The notes under the pieces are model-generated. The model was not told the DNA's origin. It did no database searches and saw nothing but the letters and a program-made list of their open reading frames with translations. The position numbers were made by a program, and so were the translations under genes. A stretch of 64,000 nt of DNA from Candidatus Methanomethylicia archaeon. GTDB lineage: Archaea > Thermoproteota > Methanomethylicia > Culexarchaeales > Culexarchaeaceae. Below are positions 10,987 through 21,183 of the stretch, one piece after another. The stretch covers positions 1-64,000 of the forward strand of contig JAVYVS010000003.1 of assembly GCA_038727515.1 (NCBI GenBank), given 5' to 3'. Within the stretch, counting starts at the first letter, position 1; each line of letters opens with the position of its first letter.

Positions 10987-12177
10987 ATGGAGAAATTTAA
11001 GGAAGACTTTCCAGCATTGAAAAAATATGCAGCTTACTTAAATACAGCTTCAGAAGGATTAACACCAAAGAGGGTGCTAGAGTCAATTAAAGAATTCATA
11101 GACAAAACTGGAAGAAATGAATGGAATGAATTAACAGAAGAAGTGGAAAAACCTGCAAAAAGAGAAATATCAAAATTAATAGGGTGCAGTACGGAGGAAG
11201 TTTCATTTAGTATTCAAACCACAGATGGGTTTAGGAGAATATTACTCTCCATAAAACCTAAAAAGGATGGGAATATTGTTGGAATAGACTTAGAATTCCC
11301 ATCAATATCACTTGCAATAAAATCGCTAAGTGAAAAAATCGGTAGTGAAATAAGAATTATTAGACATAGGAATGGTAAATATGATTTATCAGATTTTGAA
11401 AGAGCAATAGACAACAATACCTATGCAGTAATATTGAGTAGCGTTATATGGGTAAATGGATTCATGATGCCAGTAAGGGAAATAAGCAGGATAGCCCATG
11501 AAAAAGGTGCACTGGTGATTGTTGATGGAGTACAACATGTTGGTGCAGTATCAATTAATGTAAAAAAGGCTGAAATAGATGCCATGGCTGTTGGAGGAGA
11601 GAAATGGCTATTAAACAATACCATAGGATCAGGATTCATATATGTAAACAAAGAAATAATAGAAAATCTAGAGCCTCCAGCACAAACACTACTAAACTAT
11701 CAAGAGCCAGAAGTTGGATGGAGTAAATGGTGGACATTGATAGATAAAGACCCATGGAAACCATTGAAAAATCAGAGAACAGCATCAAAACTTGATTGGG
11801 GTGGTGGAAAACCATACATACTCATGGAAGCTTTAAGATCAGCAGTAGAATACATAAATAATATTGGAATTGAAAACATAGAGAATCATAATAGAAGATT
11901 GAAGAAGAAAATTGTGGAAAGAGCTTTAGAAGCTGGATATAAGATTATTGGTTATGTTGAAGACGAAGATTCATGGTCTTCAATAACTACAATATCCACT
12001 GGTAGAGGATATGATTATGAGATGAAACTTGTAAAAGAGATGAGAGATGAAGGTATACAAGTATCTTATAGAGGATCCACAGGGATAGGTGGAATAAGAA
12101 TATCACCACACATATATAATGATGAAAATGATATTGAAATTCTATTCTCAAAATTAAAATTAAAAGAAAAATTTTAA
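10987..12177 (+). CDS. Class V PLP-dependent aminotransferase (cysteine desulfurase/kynureninase-like fold)
   Basis: YLNTASEG, VDGVQHVG, GGEKWL (PLP Lys), IRISPHIYN. Confidence 0.88.
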   Translation: MEKFKEDFPALKKYAAYLNTASEGLTPKRVLESIKEFIDKTGRNEWNELTEEVEKPAKREISKLIGCSTEEVSFSIQTTDGFRRILLSIKPKKDGNIVGIDLEFPSISLAIKSLSEKIGSEIRIIRHRNGKYDLSDFERAIDNNTYAVILSSVIWVNGFMMPVREISRIAHEKGALVIVDGVQHVGAVSINVKKAEIDAMAVGGEKWLLNNTIGSGFIYVNKEIIENLEPPAQTLLNYQEPEVGWSKWWTLIDKDPWKPLKNQRTASKLDWGGGKPYILMEALRSAVEYINNIGIENIENHNRRLKKKIVERALEAGYKIIGYVEDEDSWSSITTISTGRGYDYEMKLVKEMRDEGIQVSYRGSTGIGGIRISPHIYNDENDIEILFSKLKLKEKF

Positions 12178-12204
12178 GGGAAACTTATTGAAATAGATTT
12201 TGAT

Positions 12205-12304
12205 GCCTCGGTCGTATAGCCAGGTCAAGTATTCAGGCCTCTCGAGCATAGAGGTAGCGTGGGGATAGCCTGAGACCCGGGTTCAAATCCCGGCCGAGGC
12301 ACCA
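12205..12304 (+). tRNA. tRNA-Glu(CUC) with 22-nt intron at 37/38 (12245..12266)
   Basis: GCCTCGG/CCGAGGC acceptor, CAGGC-CT CTC G[intron]A-GCCTG, encoded CCA. Confidence 0.92.
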
Positions 12305-12312
12305 AAATATTT

Positions 12313-12810
12313 TTAACGCCTAAGAGATGAAAATGCACCTTGTCTAGCTGGAAGCTTCTTCATGGAATTGATCCTAGAAATCTCTGAAAATAATATATTG
12401 CCTTCATTAACAATTTTCTTAGCGAAATCCCTTAAAACACCTTTACTTACTTCCTCTGATTCCAGCATAGAATCAAATTGCTTCAATAAATCAATGTAAT
12501 TTCTAAAGATATTTGCAAATTTTGGAATTCTCACATTTAATTCAGATATTAAATATATGCTTAAACCATCATGAAGTATACTAGTTAAAGGAGGGGGAAG
12601 GATATTAGAATCTTCAAAATCCTTTAATAAACTATTAATTTTCATTAAATTTGAAGTTAAACGTGGAAACAAATTTTCCTTTACATCCTTTGTCACCTTG
12701 ATATCAAGTCTTTCTTCATGAATCATGTAGATAGCAATATACATTATTACAATTACAAATGCCAATAAACCAGCATAATCAAAACTTAAATCTAAATTAG
12801 ATGTCTCCAT
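12313..12810 (-). CDS. Hypothetical protein with N-terminal TM helix
   Basis: 165-aa ORF with a hydrophobic segment at about aa 13-31; C-terminus conserved in the remnant at 8000..8100. Confidence 0.75.
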   Translation of the reverse strand: METSNLDLSFDYAGLLAFVIVIMYIAIYMIHEERLDIKVTKDVKENLFPRLTSNLMKINSLLKDFEDSNILPPPLTSILHDGLSIYLISELNVRIPKFANIFRNYIDLLKQFDSMLESEEVSKGVLRDFAKKIVNEGNILFSEISRINSMKKLPARQGAFSSLRR

Positions 12811-12915
12811 AATATAAACCCAAAATAACTATTAAAACATAATGAATATATTTGTTTACCTTAAATTGTAAAGGTTAATGTATATGTTAAGTGAAGATTG
12901 TTTATGGGATTATCT

Positions 12916-14064
12916 ATGAAGACACTAATAATTGGATGTGGACCAATGGGTCAAGCAGCAGCAATAGAAATGATTAGAGAAAATTCATTGGAAGAGTTAT
13001 GCATAATTGATATAGATGAGAGAAAACTAGAAAATATAAAAGATAAATTGAAAGATGAAAGAATCAAAACCGTGAAAATGGATGTTAGAAATAGAGATGA
13101 ATTAGAGAATTTAGCATCTAAATATGATTGCGCAATAGTAGCATTACCACATAAATATGTAGTTCGAGTTGATGATACATGTATAAATGCTGGAATACAT
13201 GTTGTAGATTTAGCATATGAACCAGAACAATTAGAATTGAATGAAAAAGCATTAAATAAAAATGTAATACTAGTTCCAGGATGTGGTGTAGCACCAGGAT
13301 TAAGCAATATACTTGCAAGATACGGAACATATAGAATGGATAAAGTAGAATCAATAAAAGTTAGGGTGGGTGGAATACCAATAAATCCAAAACCACCATT
13401 AGAATATGGAAAATTCTTCTCATTAGAAAGTGTTATAAATGAGTATACAAGACCCGTTAGAATTATAATTGATGGAAAACTAGTAAATGTCCCAGCGTTA
13501 TCAGGATTAGAACAAATAGAGCTTCCAGAAGTTGGTCAATTAGAATGTTTTTACACAGATGGATTAGCGACATTACCATACACAATTGGAAATGTAAAGG
13601 AAATGTGGGAGAAAACCATTAGATGGCCTGGACATGTAAATAAGATTCTAACATTAAGAGAACTTGGATTCTTCAATGAAGATAAAACTGAAGTTCATGG
13701 AATTGAAATAAGACCAGTAGACCTATCATTAAAACTTTTAAATGAAAAGCTGATGGAGGAAGAAGATATTATTATATTACTGGTTGATGTAACCGGATAT
13801 AAAGGAGACATATACGTAGAAGCAAAATATAAGATGATAGATTACTATGATAGAATTTTAAAGGTAACAGCCATGGGAAGAACAAGTGGATATACTTGTG
13901 CAATAATAGCAAAAATGATCATGAAAAAGGAAGTTATTGGGAGAGGGGTTATACCGCCAGAAAATCTACTATCAAAGGAAGGTATAGAAAAATTATTCAG
14001 GGAATTGGGAGGCAGAGGCATCAATATAGAGGAAAAGGTTACTTATAGTAGAAGTACATGGTAA
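12916..14064 (+). CDS. Saccharopine dehydrogenase / lysine 6-dehydrogenase family
   Basis: IIGCGPMG Rossmann motif, GCGVAPGLSN, VGGIP, TDGL, EKTIRWPGH, AMGRTSGY. Confidence 0.9.
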   Translation: MKTLIIGCGPMGQAAAIEMIRENSLEELCIIDIDERKLENIKDKLKDERIKTVKMDVRNRDELENLASKYDCAIVALPHKYVVRVDDTCINAGIHVVDLAYEPEQLELNEKALNKNVILVPGCGVAPGLSNILARYGTYRMDKVESIKVRVGGIPINPKPPLEYGKFFSLESVINEYTRPVRIIIDGKLVNVPALSGLEQIELPEVGQLECFYTDGLATLPYTIGNVKEMWEKTIRWPGHVNKILTLRELGFFNEDKTEVHGIEIRPVDLSLKLLNEKLMEEEDIIILLVDVTGYKGDIYVEAKYKMIDYYDRILKVTAMGRTSGYTCAIIAKMIMKKEVIGRGVIPPENLLSKEGIEKLFRELGGRGINIEEKVTYSRSTW

Positions 14065-14154
14065 CAAGCCAGATAATACGTGAAAATCCCATTAAAACCA
14101 TAAACATTTATTTAATTTCAAAATAAATAGTCAAAGCAAATAATAAAGCTTTGA

Positions 14155-14211
14155 GGCTCAGCCGGTTGATCCCTCATCAACATTCAGACGAAACCATACT
14201 TCTTCATCGCC
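14155..14211 (-). ncRNA. C/D box sRNA; D guide complementary to 16S rRNA 5' end
   Basis: GGC-GATGA(C)-guide-CTGA(D')-ATGT-TGATGA(C')-GGGATCAACCGG-CTGA(D)-GCC. Confidence 0.85.
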
Positions 14212-14242
14212 AAAAATAATTAACTTAACCCAATTTAATAAG

Positions 14243-14767
14243 TTATCCACCATAAAATTCAGGTGAAATCCTATATGTTAAAGCATAAGTCAATGCAGTC
14301 TCCCATGAATCACGTCTAGTTAGAATATTCTTCGTCAATACACCAATAGCGCCAATATCAAGTTTAGTATTTGACAATCCACTAATAATATCAATGGCAT
14401 CACCAAGTTCAATACCACTCATAACCATATCCACAACCCTCTTGGGAAGAGGCATATAACCTCCACAACCAAAAGACCATTTACCACTAGAATCATAAAC
14501 TGCACACCAAGATGTAACAAACCAAGTATTAAACTTCATAACAATCCCACCCTCCATACCAACATATAAATCCCCAGAAACAATTTTAGAAGCATTTAAA
14601 GCTCTATTCATAGCACCACAAATAATTTCATCTTCACCAATAGGAGTATGCATAACACCACTATCCACATCCACAGGGATAACTTCAAAATCACTAAAAA
14701 CTCTAGAACAAATATTCCTCACAGCTTCAACCTTAACAGGATTAACAGAGCCAACAACAACCTTCAT
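14243..14767 (-). CDS. yjjX: Inosine/xanthosine triphosphatase (YjjX family)
   Basis: VGSVNPVKVEAV, GAMNRA, VGMEGG, GAIGVLT. Confidence 0.9.
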   Translation of the reverse strand: MKVVVGSVNPVKVEAVRNICSRVFSDFEVIPVDVDSGVMHTPIGEDEIICGAMNRALNASKIVSGDLYVGMEGGIVMKFNTWFVTSWCAVYDSSGKWSFGCGGYMPLPKRVVDMVMSGIELGDAIDIISGLSNTKLDIGAIGVLTKNILTRRDSWETALTYALTYRISPEFYGG

Positions 14768-14844
14768 AAATAATCATATGAGGAAATGTTAGGGGAAAAT
14801 TTAAACTTTACAAACAAAAAAAGATAATTAAGAGTAAATAGTGA

Positions 14845-14929
14845 GCGGGGGTCGCCAAGCCAGGTCAAAGGCGCAGGGCTTAGGACCCTGTCCCGAAGGG
14901 GTTCGTGGGTTCAAATCCCACCCCCCGCA
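14845..14929 (+). tRNA. tRNA-Leu(UAG)
   Basis: GCGGGGG acceptor, CAGGG-CTTAGGA-CCCTG, long variable arm. Confidence 0.95.
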
Positions 14930-15103
14930 TAATTCTACGTATCGAGTGCTTGAATTGTATATATATTCGTATTTAATTGAGGAAAGAAATGAAGACTGGG
15001 AAGAGATGGTTTAAACCCATATATTCACGGAAGTGTAAAGAATCATTGAAAACATGATTATCATATATGTAACAATTATTATATTTTAGAATTATAAGAT
15101 TCT

Positions 15104-16939
15104 ATGCGTATGTTGATGTATGAAGAAGGGTTTAATCAAAAGCTAAGTAAAGCTGTTGAACATTATAGATCATTGTTTACCCTACCTTCATATGGGAAGA
15201 TCATCGCATTTTTACTTATAGTTTGTATTTTTGAAGGTTTGATTATAAGTCCCTATCATAAATTAAAAGAATTAGGTTTTCTTTTGGGGATATTTTTGGG
15301 GGTTATATTTTTTATAATTACTCTATTATCAAATTATGTCTTTGCATCATATGTTTTAAAGGGGGATAAAATATATAATGTTAGGAGGCTATCGGGGTTA
15401 TCTCTCTTCTGTTGGATTCTTTGGATTTTCCCAAGCATCTTAGGACTTTTTACAACTATTCTTACCGTGCAATACATGTGGATGGTTAAATTTTCTCTCC
15501 TAGGATTCTCAACTACTCTAATCCTTCGCCTTACCGTACTTTATGCAACTTCCCCCTCGAATCTTAAGAAAGTCTTTATTGTTTCAATACTTCAACCATA
15601 TATACTTTTGATTCTAATAACTATTACATGGATATCATACGATATAATAAACTTTACATCAATCTTAAATTTTTCAGTTTTATCTCTAATAATTTCTCTA
15701 GCTTCAAGTTTCAGTTTCCTTTATATCGTAAATTTAACGGGTAAACGTTATTTTGGAGAAACATTTCTACCAATGTTTAAAGCATTCTTATTGAATTGGA
15801 TTGCAGATTTAAATGAGCCTCTTGAAAACTTTCTTGAAAAATTTGGTGAGGAAAGGGATATTGAAGTTTCAATAATTAGGTTTAAGGGGAAGAGTAATGA
15901 AGCATTTGTAATAGTTCCATCAGTTCATCCAGGACCATTTAAAAATATTGGTGGAAGCGCTTTACCATCAACCCTTAAAAAGGCTTTAGAAGAGAGATTT
16001 AGTTGTATTGCATGTGTACCCTTAGGATTGGTGAGTCATGATCTAGATTTAACTTCACAATATCAATTAAAGAAGTTGGTAAATGAGATAATTAACAGTG
16101 CAGATATAGAAATAAAATGGGCTGAAGCTTCACCATTCATTAAAGTTAAAAATGAAGTAGCAACAGCATGTTGTCAAATTTTTGGGGATAACATACTGAT
16201 GTCCTTATCCTTAGCTCCAAATACAACTGAAGATCTTCCTAGAGAATTAAATATGAAAATCCTTAAAGAAGCGGAAAGATTAGGATTTAAACATTGCATA
16301 TTAATAAATGCACATAACAGTTTAAATGGTAAGATAGATTCAAATACAGCATTTGAAGCTTTAGAAAGAGCTGCTATAGAAGCTCTGAAGAGAGTAGTGT
16401 CAATGAAGAGAACACCATTCAAAATGGGCGTAGCACACGTAATGCCAAAGGAATTCAATCTTAAAGAGGGCATGGGACCTGGAGGTATAACTGTAATTGT
16501 ATTTGAAGTTGATTCTCAAAGATCCTCATATATAGTAATTGATGGCAATAATATGATTTCTGGATTAAGGGAAAAGATTTTAGATTCAATAAAATCCATT
16601 GGCATTGATGAAGGTGAAGTATTCACCACAGATACACATATAGTAACAGCTTTAACCCTCAGTGAACGTGGATATCATCCTATTGGAGAAGTTATGGATC
16701 AAGGTAAATTAATTGAATACATAGTTGATGCTGCTAAGAAAGCTTTGGAAAACCTAGAATATGTTAAAGTTGGATTTGAAAGTAAAGTGATTCAAAAGGT
16801 CAAGGTTATTGGGCGTGAACCCATGGAAAAATTATGTATAATTGTGGATGATGCTGTTAAAAAAGCTAAAAGGACTTCGTATCCAATATTTGGAACCACA
16901 ATCTTACTTTTAACTTTAATATTGTTGACATTAATTTAG
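15104..16939 (+). CDS. DUF2070 family membrane protein
   Basis: N-terminal multi-TM region; HPGPF..GG, SHDLD, NAHN, DGNNM, TTDTH motifs. Confidence 0.85.
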   Translation: MRMLMYEEGFNQKLSKAVEHYRSLFTLPSYGKIIAFLLIVCIFEGLIISPYHKLKELGFLLGIFLGVIFFIITLLSNYVFASYVLKGDKIYNVRRLSGLSLFCWILWIFPSILGLFTTILTVQYMWMVKFSLLGFSTTLILRLTVLYATSPSNLKKVFIVSILQPYILLILITITWISYDIINFTSILNFSVLSLIISLASSFSFLYIVNLTGKRYFGETFLPMFKAFLLNWIADLNEPLENFLEKFGEERDIEVSIIRFKGKSNEAFVIVPSVHPGPFKNIGGSALPSTLKKALEERFSCIACVPLGLVSHDLDLTSQYQLKKLVNEIINSADIEIKWAEASPFIKVKNEVATACCQIFGDNILMSLSLAPNTTEDLPRELNMKILKEAERLGFKHCILINAHNSLNGKIDSNTAFEALERAAIEALKRVVSMKRTPFKMGVAHVMPKEFNLKEGMGPGGITVIVFEVDSQRSSYIVIDGNNMISGLREKILDSIKSIGIDEGEVFTTDTHIVTALTLSERGYHPIGEVMDQGKLIEYIVDAAKKALENLEYVKVGFESKVIQKVKVIGREPMEKLCIIVDDAVKKAKRTSYPIFGTTILLLTLILLTLI

Positions 16940-17559
16940 CATTTAAATATTTTATGTTGAAGAATCATTATAGCTAAGGAAGTCCATGCAACCCCAAGAA
17001 TAAATCCTCCTAAAACATCGCTAAACCAATGTACATTTAAATATATTCTATTAAAACAAACTATAAAAACAAGAAATGCATAGAGGGAGATTAATGGGAG
17101 TTTATTATGAATAATATCCTTCTTAAAAAGTATATATGAAGATATCATTGTGAATACTGTTATTGAAGAAGCATGACCACTTGGAAATGAAAATCCAACT
17201 TCATTTATAACCATGTTTAATGGTCTTGGAGATCTTATAAATTCTTTAATCAAATATACGGTTATTGCATTTCCAAGTATGGATCCAACAAATACTATAG
17301 ATCCAATGAATATACGATGCTTAATACATAAAAAGATGCAAAACAAAATAGTTAAGAAGATTAATGAGTTTACATCGAAAGTTATGGAGATGAAAATTGC
17401 AATCATAGTTAATGTTGGAGAATAAATGGAGGAAGCCCATGAATTAATGAAATAATCAATATTAGACATATATACTCTAAAAAGTGTTAAAAATATGAAG
17501 GAAAGTGTAGAAGAAATAAGAGAAAAGAATGGGATTTTATCTCTTCCATTAAACCTCAT
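16936..17559 (-). CDS. PAP2 family membrane phosphatase
   Basis: KxxxxxPRP, SFPSGH, RIYLNVHWFSDVLGG. Confidence 0.9.
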   Translation of the reverse strand: MRFNGRDKIPFFSLISSTLSFIFLTLFRVYMSNIDYFINSWASSIYSPTLTMIAIFISITFDVNSLIFLTILFCIFLCIKHRIFIGSIVFVGSILGNAITVYLIKEFIRSPRPLNMVINEVGFSFPSGHASSITVFTMISSYILFKKDIIHNKLPLISLYAFLVFIVCFNRIYLNVHWFSDVLGGFILGVAWTSLAIMILQHKIFKC

Positions 17560-17604
17560 AAATCATATCCTCACATGAAAAATCCAATAATTAAAGGAAA
17601 AAGT

Positions 17605-19014
17605 CTATGCAATCTTATGCTTCTTTATAACAGCCTTAGTCCACTTTCCATACTTAATCCATAATACTGATAATACTCCTCCAACTACATTACTTAAAGC
17701 TAAAGCTAACCAGACACCATAGGAACCCAATCCTAAATTGAAGGCAATAATATATCCAGCAAGTATTCGAATACCCCATAATCTAATTAACCCAATTATT
17801 GTTGGAAACAATGTATGACCAGATCCTCTACCAGTAGACATTCCAATCATAAATAAACCAAAGAAAGCCAAAGTTGGCAACATAATTTGCAAGAATAAAT
17901 CAGTCTCATAGAATACTAGAGGATCATTTGTAAATGAATATATAATGTTGGTTCTCAGTGGATATAGTATAAGTGAACCAGTAAAAATTGTGGTGAAAAC
18001 TAAAAGTGAAGATTTATACGCGATTTCCCTAGCTCTACTAGTTTTATCTGCACCAAGATTTTGACCAATCATTATAGAATTTGCTCCTACAAAACCCCAT
18101 AAAGCTCCATCTACAATATCCATTATAACAAAACCAATAGAGTAAGCTGTAGCTACAATAACACCAAAAGCATTAACCAATCTCAATTGAAATACAAATG
18201 CGAAACTATTGGTTAAACCCAGAATAAGTACTGGAATCCCTATCCTCAAAACTAATTTAATCCAATCAACATCAATATCACTTGTAAACCTAACTTTTAA
18301 ATCAGGATAACTCTTCCTGAGGATATATGTTAAACCTATAATTGAAATTATTTTACCCATAACATCGGTAGCTGAAGCACCAATAACGCCAAGTCTTGGA
18401 AATGGACCTAAACCTAAAACTAGAAATGGATCTAAAATAATATTTACTGTAACAGCAATTACATTAATTATAGCAGGTCTCCTAGTATCTCCAATACTTT
18501 GAAGCAATGTTGAATATATGAAGGAGATGTAGTTAAAGAATACATCTATAGCTATTATTCCAGAATACTTCATAACATCATCAAAAATCTCTTGAGGAAC
18601 TGAAACAATATTGGTAAAAATAAAACTTCGTAGTGAAAAGAGGAATGCTGAAAATAAACCTCCAAGAAGGAATGCTATTGTAAAGAATTTTGAAGCAGAT
18701 ATGCTTGCTTCTCTATAATTTTTAGCACCAATATATTGTGAAACAATACTTAAACTAGCAGCTGTTAAAGCATTTAGAAAAGCTTGAAAAAGCATAACAA
18801 CAGGCCAAGTTTGTCTAGGAACAGAAACAGTATAGGTACTATATAAACTAAGCCAATATGCATCTGTGACGTGATAAACAACCATAACAATTTGATTTAT
18901 AAGAGGGGGAAGGCCTAACCAAATTAAAGTGCTAATAATAGGTCCATTAACAATTCTATCTCTATACCTATCTACACCATGCTTCCCAAAACCTTCTTCA
19001 ACATCATCAGACAT
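17605..19014 (-). CDS. MATE family efflux transporter
   Basis: About 12 TM helices; GDTRRP, NIILDPFLV, LGVIGA, GQNLGA. Confidence 0.92.
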   Translation of the reverse strand: MSDDVEEGFGKHGVDRYRDRIVNGPIISTLIWLGLPPLINQIVMVVYHVTDAYWLSLYSTYTVSVPRQTWPVVMLFQAFLNALTAASLSIVSQYIGAKNYREASISASKFFTIAFLLGGLFSAFLFSLRSFIFTNIVSVPQEIFDDVMKYSGIIAIDVFFNYISFIYSTLLQSIGDTRRPAIINVIAVTVNIILDPFLVLGLGPFPRLGVIGASATDVMGKIISIIGLTYILRKSYPDLKVRFTSDIDVDWIKLVLRIGIPVLILGLTNSFAFVFQLRLVNAFGVIVATAYSIGFVIMDIVDGALWGFVGANSIMIGQNLGADKTSRAREIAYKSSLLVFTTIFTGSLILYPLRTNIIYSFTNDPLVFYETDLFLQIMLPTLAFFGLFMIGMSTGRGSGHTLFPTIIGLIRLWGIRILAGYIIAFNLGLGSYGVWLALALSNVVGGVLSVLWIKYGKWTKAVIKKHKIA

Positions 19015-19052
19015 ACTTAAAGAAAATCATTACAATTTTTATAAAAAGCTTT

Positions 19053-21035
19053 TCATGAAGAAAATATTGATGCTAAAATTAGAGCAATCATATTGATCAA
19101 TTTCATAAAAACATTAAGTGAAGGTCCTGCCACATCCTTTAAAGGATCACCCACAGTATCTCCAACAACAGCAGCTTCATGTGTAGGAGTACCCTTCATC
19201 CAAAAATCCTTCTCAATATATTTCTTTGAATTATCCCATAATCCACCTCCAAATGTAAACATAGGTGAAAGTAATGCAGAAGTTGATAATCCTCCAAGTA
19301 ACATAGCGCCAAGAGCATATTTACCCAATACAAGCCCAATAATTATTGGTGATAGAATAGTGATAATTCCTGGAAGCATCATTCTCTTAAGAGATAATTT
19401 CATAGCTACATCAACACATTTTGCGTAATCAGGTTTTGCTATTCCCTTGATAATATCTGGATTTTCCTTAAATTGTTTCCTAATGATATCAACAAGTTCT
19501 AAAGCGGTTTTACTAGTGGCACCCACAGTTAGAGAAGAGAATAAAAATGGAAGAGAAGCACCTATAAGTAATCCAACTACGAATATTGGGCTTAAAAGTT
19601 TAGAATCTATATTCCAAAATCCTACAATTTCACTATAAGTCATGAATATTATTAGAGTAGAAAACATTCCAGAAGCTGAAGCAAAAGCTTTGGTATAAGC
19701 TTTCATAGTATTTCCAAGAGCATCAAGTTCATCTAAACCACCATTAAAGACTTTAGTCCCAGACATTTCAGCTATTCCAGCAGCATTATCACATATAGGA
19801 CCAAAAGCATCACTAGACATTATAAAACCCACGGCTAAATCAGTTCCAAGATTAGCTCCAAGAATTCCATATATAGAGCCATTCGTTATAATGTATGATA
19901 AGATAAATGCCGATGAAACCATTATCACAGGTATAAATGGACTTTGAAGAGCATAAGATAAGCCAGTTAAAATATTTAAAGCTGCACCACGCTTAGAAGA
20001 TTCAGCAACACTCCTAACAGGCATACTACCAAAACCAGTGTAATATTGAACTATGAAGCATACAATCAAACTCACAATTAAACCACTCATAATACTTAAA
20101 GAAATCTCATAAGCAAAACTCATATCATTAAAAGTAAGCATTGGAACTACAAAGGAACTAATAATATAGAAGATTGAAGATATTATCAAACCAAAATTGA
20201 ACACTTTATTTAAACTACCTCCAGAATATGATCTAACGAAAAAGATTCCAATTAAACTTGATAAAACACCTGAAGCCCCGAGAAGTATAGGAAAAGCTAA
20301 AGCATTAACCCCAAATTTATTTGCAATGAAAGAGCATAGTATAAGTGCAGTAACATAATCATCACTAATAGATTCAAATAAATCTGAACCTCTACCAGCA
20401 CAATCACCTACAATATCACCCACTTGATCAGCGATAACAGCTGGATTACGTGGATCATCCTCTGGAATACCAAGTTCAACTTTCCCCACAAGATCAGCAC
20501 TAATATCTGCAGCTTTAGTGAAAATTCCACCACCAAGTTGAGTAAATAATGCAGATAAACTAGCTCCAAAACCAAATCCAACTAGACAATTTACATCTTG
20601 AAGTATAAGATATAGAATACCAACACTTATAAGGCTTAAGCTAACAATCGATAAACCAACCACAGAACCCCCACTAAAAGCCAATTTAAAAGCTTTAATA
20701 GGTGATTTAATAGCTAAATATGCTGTTCTAACATTAGCTTCTACAGCTATACGTAAGCCTATGTATGCAGCTAAAATAGAGGAGGATGCGCCGATTACAA
20801 AAGGTAAAACAAGTTTTACATTAAATACCATTAATAATACAGTTATAATAAGTATTGATGCGAAAATAGCACTATAATGCCTTTTTATAAATGCATTTGC
20901 AGCTTCTTTAATATAATTAGCAATATTAATCATATCAATATTATCAACATTTTCCCTAATTACATTAAGAGTTAAATAAATAACTATGATCATTGCAAGA
21001 AGGCCTAGGGCTATTGAACCATAAATTAAGTACAT
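19053..21035 (-). CDS. hppA: Membrane-bound ion-translocating pyrophosphatase (predicted K+-independent)
   Basis: GGGIFTKAAD..ADLVGKVE..IPEDDPRNP, GDTVGDPLKD, GNTMKA. Confidence 0.92.
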   Translation of the reverse strand: MYLIYGSIALGLLAMIIVIYLTLNVIRENVDNIDMINIANYIKEAANAFIKRHYSAIFASILIITVLLMVFNVKLVLPFVIGASSSILAAYIGLRIAVEANVRTAYLAIKSPIKAFKLAFSGGSVVGLSIVSLSLISVGILYLILQDVNCLVGFGFGASLSALFTQLGGGIFTKAADISADLVGKVELGIPEDDPRNPAVIADQVGDIVGDCAGRGSDLFESISDDYVTALILCSFIANKFGVNALAFPILLGASGVLSSLIGIFFVRSYSGGSLNKVFNFGLIISSIFYIISSFVVPMLTFNDMSFAYEISLSIMSGLIVSLIVCFIVQYYTGFGSMPVRSVAESSKRGAALNILTGLSYALQSPFIPVIMVSSAFILSYIITNGSIYGILGANLGTDLAVGFIMSSDAFGPICDNAAGIAEMSGTKVFNGGLDELDALGNTMKAYTKAFASASGMFSTLIIFMTYSEIVGFWNIDSKLLSPIFVVGLLIGASLPFLFSSLTVGATSKTALELVDIIRKQFKENPDIIKGIAKPDYAKCVDVAMKLSLKRMMLPGIITILSPIIIGLVLGKYALGAMLLGGLSTSALLSPMFTFGGGLWDNSKKYIEKDFWMKGTPTHEAAVVGDTVGDPLKDVAGPSLNVFMKLINMIALILASIFSS

Positions 21036-21183
21036 TAACGGTCACCATTCAACACTTCCCCTTAAAAAGCTAAGAGAGGAATTAAAGCATAAGATGCTTA
21101 TAAATTTTATCATATAAATTTCATGATAAATTTATATTAATGATTCATCATAATGTAATTATGAGAGTAGTTGAGGTGAAAAA

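Noticed and set aside
6454-12304. The two tRNA-Glu(CUC) copies as attL/attR of an integrated element
   Set aside because: No integrase; both copies are full length and diverged, and flanking genes are duplicated too
14930-15103. Possible gene remnant after tRNA-Leu(UAG) (NEDWEEMV*)
   Set aside because: Too short and degenerate to assign
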